From contig NMRA01000363.1 in the NCBI GenBank assembly GCA_002633005.1, positions 308,935 through 372,934 of the forward strand: a stretch of 64,000 nucleotides of DNA. The letters run 5' to 3'. Origin of the DNA: Phoronis australis (lineage: Eukaryota; Animalia; Phoronida). Positions 60,251 through 64,000 of the stretch are shown here, piece by piece. The translations under genes were made by a program, and so were the position numbers. Below the pieces are notes generated by a model. That model did not search any database. It saw only the letters and a list, made by a program, of their open reading frames with translations, and had not been told where the DNA came from. How positions within the stretch are numbered: the first letter of the stretch is position 1; every line of letters begins with the position of its first letter.

Positions 60251-60618
60251 GTAAGCCTTGTTGAAGTATTAGGGACCTACAGTTTACAATAACCTCCGTG
60301 TTTCGTTAAAAATACGAGTTTTGTAAAAACTCTGACTGGGTACATTCCTATCTACAATTTTTAGTTCATTGACACGTGTGTTAACAATTTAAAGAGCGAG
60401 GTTGCATTTCGTAAATCATTGTTGGACGGAATTAACTTTTTGTCTCTCTTCTTAAACGGTTGTTGGGACGTACCCGTAAAGATGAAGAGGTAGAGGGTCG
60501 ATCAATATAGATTTTTTTTTTATTTCTCTGAACCCTGTGAAACCAGTTGCTCACTCGTCTTAGCAGTTTTCAGGGAGGAAATGTGTGTCTTCCTATCATG
60601 GTTTCCTAATTTTTGTAG

Positions 60619-63600
60619 ATGAATCAAACAGAAGATCAATACAGAACAGATATAGTTGCCTTGGTTTTCGGCTTGTCAGTTGGAATGGCTTTGGTTGGCT
60701 ATATTATTTTGTGCACGTGCCGCCGGGAAAAAAAGTTAGTTTCCTCATCGGCCCAGAGAGAATTCAAGCAGCTGACAACAGCTCTTCTTGAAGCCTTACG
60801 ATCCATTGACATTGAAACCATAGAAAGTGCTCTCAAGTCTTACATCGACTACGGCCAAGCCAATGATGATATTACTCTGGACAAGGACCTTATGAAAGAG
60901 GCAAATGACGCCATAGAGTCTCAGCGTAAGACCGTAGCTGATATTAATCAAGTTCACGAGACATTGAAGAAAGTCCTGGAAGACAGTATCGCTACCAAGC
61001 GAGCGTCAGTGGTGAGAGAAAGTGTTAAACAGTATGAGGAGTTTTCACAAGATTTTAGTGAGAAAGTGGACTGCGACAAACGGTTGCTGGCCGAGGGTAA
61101 GCGATTGGTAGCTAAGGATGACGCGGAGACGTATGTAACTGAGTTGAGGGAGGCGGTGCGCAAGCACAACGTCAACTATATTCAGGAGTCCCTACCAACT
61201 TATGAACGTCTCGTGCTTGAATATAAGGATGTGTTGGAGGTAAACAAAAAGGTAGTTCATGATGCAAAACATGTGCTGAAGGAATTTGAGTCTGTTGTAA
61301 AACACAGTGACATACTGCGACGAGATCTGGAGAAGACGGTCATGGGGAACGACATGGCTCACGTGGAGAAAGTACTGAAAAAGTACACTGACTTTCTGGA
61401 ATCGTGTGGATTTCCGGTCTCACGCGATCAAAATCTTATGAACAAGGCAAACAGTCTCCTTCTGGAAAAAAGGTCTCAAATGGAAGCTCTTGCTTCTGAG
61501 CACACGAGTGCTAAGGGTGCACTCAAAAGTGCCTTGGTGGCCAACAGGCTCACGCAAATATCGATTTCGGTGAAGGCTTATGAACAATTTGTTTGTGATC
61601 ATAGAAATGTTGAGCCCGACAACACGTTGCTAGGCGACGCGAAAAAGCACCTACGCGATATGCAAAGGGAGCAAGTAGCGCTGACGAAAGAACACGATGG
61701 TTTGCGGAGGAAAGTGGAGGTAGCCATAGAGAACAACAATTACACTGCCATAAAAACTGCATTGCAGCATTACGAAGAGTTTTCAGAAAAGCACAAGGAT
61801 CGGTTCAATGCAAATTCAAGTCTGCTGACGATAGCACGAACTATTGTGAGTGAACGCGAGAATGAATTACAAAACGTTGGTAAGAAGCATGACGACTTGA
61901 AGTCTAAGTTAGTCTCTGCGACGTCGTCACGTCGGTTGGTTTCGATGCAAGAAGCCCTGAGTAGCTACGAGTTGTTCGGTAAGGAAAACGCCACGCTTGT
62001 GAACATTGACCAAGGTCTGGTTCGTAAAACGAAGGAGCAAGTAACAAAACTGCAGAAAGATGTCAACCAGGCACGCAGAGATTACGCAGAACTTTACAAG
62101 GCACTGCAAAAGGCCATTTTGTCTCGAGCGAACACGACTATCTTGGAGGCCTTGCACAGATATGAAACGTTCGCACGCCAACATGGTGAGAATATAGATA
62201 TCGACAACGAAATTATTCAGCAAGCAAAGAACATTGTTAAAGAGATGAACGAGCAAGTGCGCTCGAAAATAGAAAAACACAACACTTTGAAGCACGATCT
62301 TGTGGAAGCCACGAAGGAGCGCAACATGAGCCAAATGATAACCTGCCTAGCAAATTATGAAAAGTTTTCAAAGTCAAATACGAAGATCTGTGATCTAGCA
62401 CTTATTAGGCAAACTAAAGACGTCATTAAAAACCGGGAAAATGAAATAGTGCAGCTGAAAAGGAAACATAGTAATCTACGACAAGACCTAAAGACGGCGA
62501 CTGGTGGTCGCAACCGAACTCAGATTGCTCAAAAGCTAGAGATCTACGAAACCTTTGCAGAAGAAAATAGCAACGTCGTTAAAGCAGATGTGCAACTGAC
62601 GGCTGACTCTAAAAGTTTGCTCGAAGAACTGGACATTTTAGCGGCCAAGACCATGGAAGACGCAAACAAATTAAAGGAAGAGTTACTGAAAACAATGACT
62701 TCTGTAAATTTGGATGAAATGAAAAGCGCCTTGTCGAAATACACGGACTTTGTAAAAGCTAATTCGACGTTAATTAGCAAAGATGAAGGGTTGACCAAGC
62801 AAGCCACTGATCTAGTGAAAATGCGAGAACAAGAATGCTTTGAAGTGTATAAACAGCGTGACCGTATTGTGAAGAAACTGGAGACAGCGATTGCTTCACG
62901 TGATGACGCAGCTATTGCAAGCACTCTGGCTGAGTATCAACAGTACGTTCGTGAATATTTCCAAGACATAACTTTGAACAACGACTTAGTGGAACGGTCT
63001 CAGTCAAAGATTAAAGAGATTGCTGACATGAGATCTAATGCCAAGTGTCGTGACGCAGATCTGAAGGAAAAGGTGCGCAGGGCGATGAAGACAGGAAATT
63101 TAGGAGATATGAAATCTGCTGTCGGGGCCTACAAAGAGTTTGCCAGCACTGTATCGGGTGTCGTTGATATTGACGGAAGCTTCACGGAAGAGGCTGACCG
63201 TGAGATAAAGAAGCGAGAAGCTGACATTCAAAAAGCAAAGAACGGGCAGCTTGAGCTTCGCCGTGAGTTGGAAGCCGCTTGTGCCTCTAGAGACAAAGGC
63301 GCTATAGAAAATATACTAAAAAAATACGAAAATTACGTTAAATCTAACGCCGAGAACATTGAACTTGAAACCGATATAATTAATCAATCAAAATCACTCA
63401 TCACTGAAATCGAACAAAAGTGCAATCACGCAAAAGAAGGACTCCTGTTGGCAAAACGAAAAATCGCAGGTGCCATTAAATCGTTTAGACTAGAAGACAT
63501 GAAAACAGCTCTAGAAGCGTATTTAGAATTTACGCGCGTGAACAAGGAATTTGTTGAGCTCGACCAGTTGGTCGTAAAACAGGCGCAAGAGTCAATAGCT

Positions 63601-64000
63601 AAACGAGAAGAAGAACTTAAGGAACTGTCGAAGGAGCAGACGTCCCTTGAAAATCAACTACGGAAATTCATAACAGACCGCAACAGAACTGCCATCGAAG
63701 AGCAGTTGTCTTTGTACGCAGAGTTCACCCGGCAACACTTCAACCAGATTCAGCCTCACAAGGAACTTCTCAACTCGGCAAAAGCAATTGTAGATGAAAT
63801 AGAACAGTCCGAACGTCTGGCGCAGAAGGAGTGCTCCGCGTTGGAGAAAAATTTGGAGGACGCCCTACAGTCTCTTAAATTGGAAGATATGAAGAATGCT
63901 TTGACGAAATACCAGGATTTTATGAAGATAAAATCTTCCGTTGTCGACGTTGATAGCACTTTGGTGAAAAAGGCCGAGCAAGCAATTAAGAAAAGAGAGC
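60619..64000 (+). CDS. Large uncharacterised single-pass membrane protein with at least 17 tandem 65-aa alpha-helical repeats (3' incomplete)
   Basis: Hand translation of frame +1 is open from ATG 60619 to the window end (1127 codons): MNQTEDQYRTDIVALVFGLSVGMALVGYIILCTCRREKK..., then Y-x-x-(F/Y/L) motifs mostly 195 nt apart. Confidence 0.9.
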   Translation, partial: MNQTEDQYRTDIVALVFGLSVGMALVGYIILCTCRREKKLVSSSAQREFKQLTTALLEALRSIDIETIESALKSYIDYGQANDDITLDKDLMKEANDAIESQRKTVADINQVHETLKKVLEDSIATKRASVVRESVKQYEEFSQDFSEKVDCDKRLLAEGKRLVAKDDAETYVTELREAVRKHNVNYIQESLPTYERLVLEYKDVLEVNKKVVHDAKHVLKEFESVVKHSDILRRDLEKTVMGNDMAHVEKVLKKYTDFLESCGFPVSRDQNLMNKANSLLLEKRSQMEALASEHTSAKGALKSALVANRLTQISISVKAYEQFVCDHRNVEPDNTLLGDAKKHLRDMQREQVALTKEHDGLRRKVEVAIENNNYTAIKTALQHYEEFSEKHKDRFNANSSLLTIARTIVSERENELQNVGKKHDDLKSKLVSATSSRRLVSMQEALSSYELFGKENATLVNIDQGLVRKTKEQVTKLQKDVNQARRDYAELYKALQKAILSRANTTILEALHRYETFARQHGENIDIDNEIIQQAKNIVKEMNEQVRSKIEKHNTLKHDLVEATKERNMSQMITCLANYEKFSKSNTKICDLALIRQTKDVIKNRENEIVQLKRKHSNLRQDLKTATGGRNRTQIAQKLEIYETFAEENSNVVKADVQLTADSKSLLEELDILAAKTMEDANKLKEELLKTMTSVNLDEMKSALSKYTDFVKANSTLISKDEGLTKQATDLVKMREQECFEVYKQRDRIVKKLETAIASRDDAAIASTLAEYQQYVREYFQDITLNNDLVERSQSKIKEIADMRSNAKCRDADLKEKVRRAMKTGNLGDMKSAVGAYKEFASTVSGVVDIDGSFTEEADREIKKREADIQKAKNGQLELRRELEAACASRDKGAIENILKKYENYVKSNAENIELETDIINQSKSLITEIEQKCNHAKEGLLLAKRKIAGAIKSFRLEDMKTALEAYLEFTRVNKEFVELDQLVVKQAQESIAKREEELKELSKEQTSLENQLRKFITDRNRTAIEEQLSLYAEFTRQHFNQIQPHKELLNSAKAIVDEIEQSERLAQKECSALEKNLEDALQSLKLEDMKNALTKYQDFMKIKSSVVDVDSTLVKKAEQAIKKRE

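Noticed and set aside
60225-60256. Recursive splice site (pyrimidine tract + CAG|GTAAG)
   Set aside because: The pattern fits, but no long host intron is evident; it is more simply the donor of a short 5' UTR exon after a TATA box. RNA data are needed to exclude it.
60954-63959. Several minus-strand ORFs of 60-135 aa
   Set aside because: Shadow ORFs of the long plus-strand ORF.

Overview
AT-rich, intron-rich animal genomic DNA; a marine invertebrate such as a lophotrochozoan is likely, inferred only from the repeat types. It holds three recognisable spliced genes, assembled by hand from GT-AG sites and frame continuity. (1) The 3' part of a RasGRF-type Ras GEF (+, 7 exons, 501-10873), followed by a long 3' UTR. 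(2) A complete two-RRM DAZAP1/Hrp48-like RNA-binding protein gene (-, 9 exons, 41919->17494, 348 aa). (3) A complete GLMP/NCU-G1 lysosomal membrane protein gene (+, 6 exons, 42070-50481, 422 aa), whose ATG lies only 150 bp from that of gene 2. The window ends inside a large ORF that the ORF track missed because it has no stop (60619->end, >1120 aa). It encodes an N-terminal transmembrane anchor and at least 17 tandem 65-aa alpha-helical repeats arranged as 130-aa A/B pairs, which I cannot assign to a known family. Mobile DNA is abundant: a full-length but deletion-damaged GalEa-type Copia element antisense in a DAZAP1-like intron, a three-level nest (MITE < Harbinger < hAT-like MITE and P-like element), TA-flanked Tc1/mariner-type elements, SINEs and a Penelope remnant. 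Other oddities are an 18-unit minisatellite built from a real splice donor, a GGACT cluster in the RasGRF 3' UTR, and a co-oriented array of CTCF-like motifs between the convergent genes.
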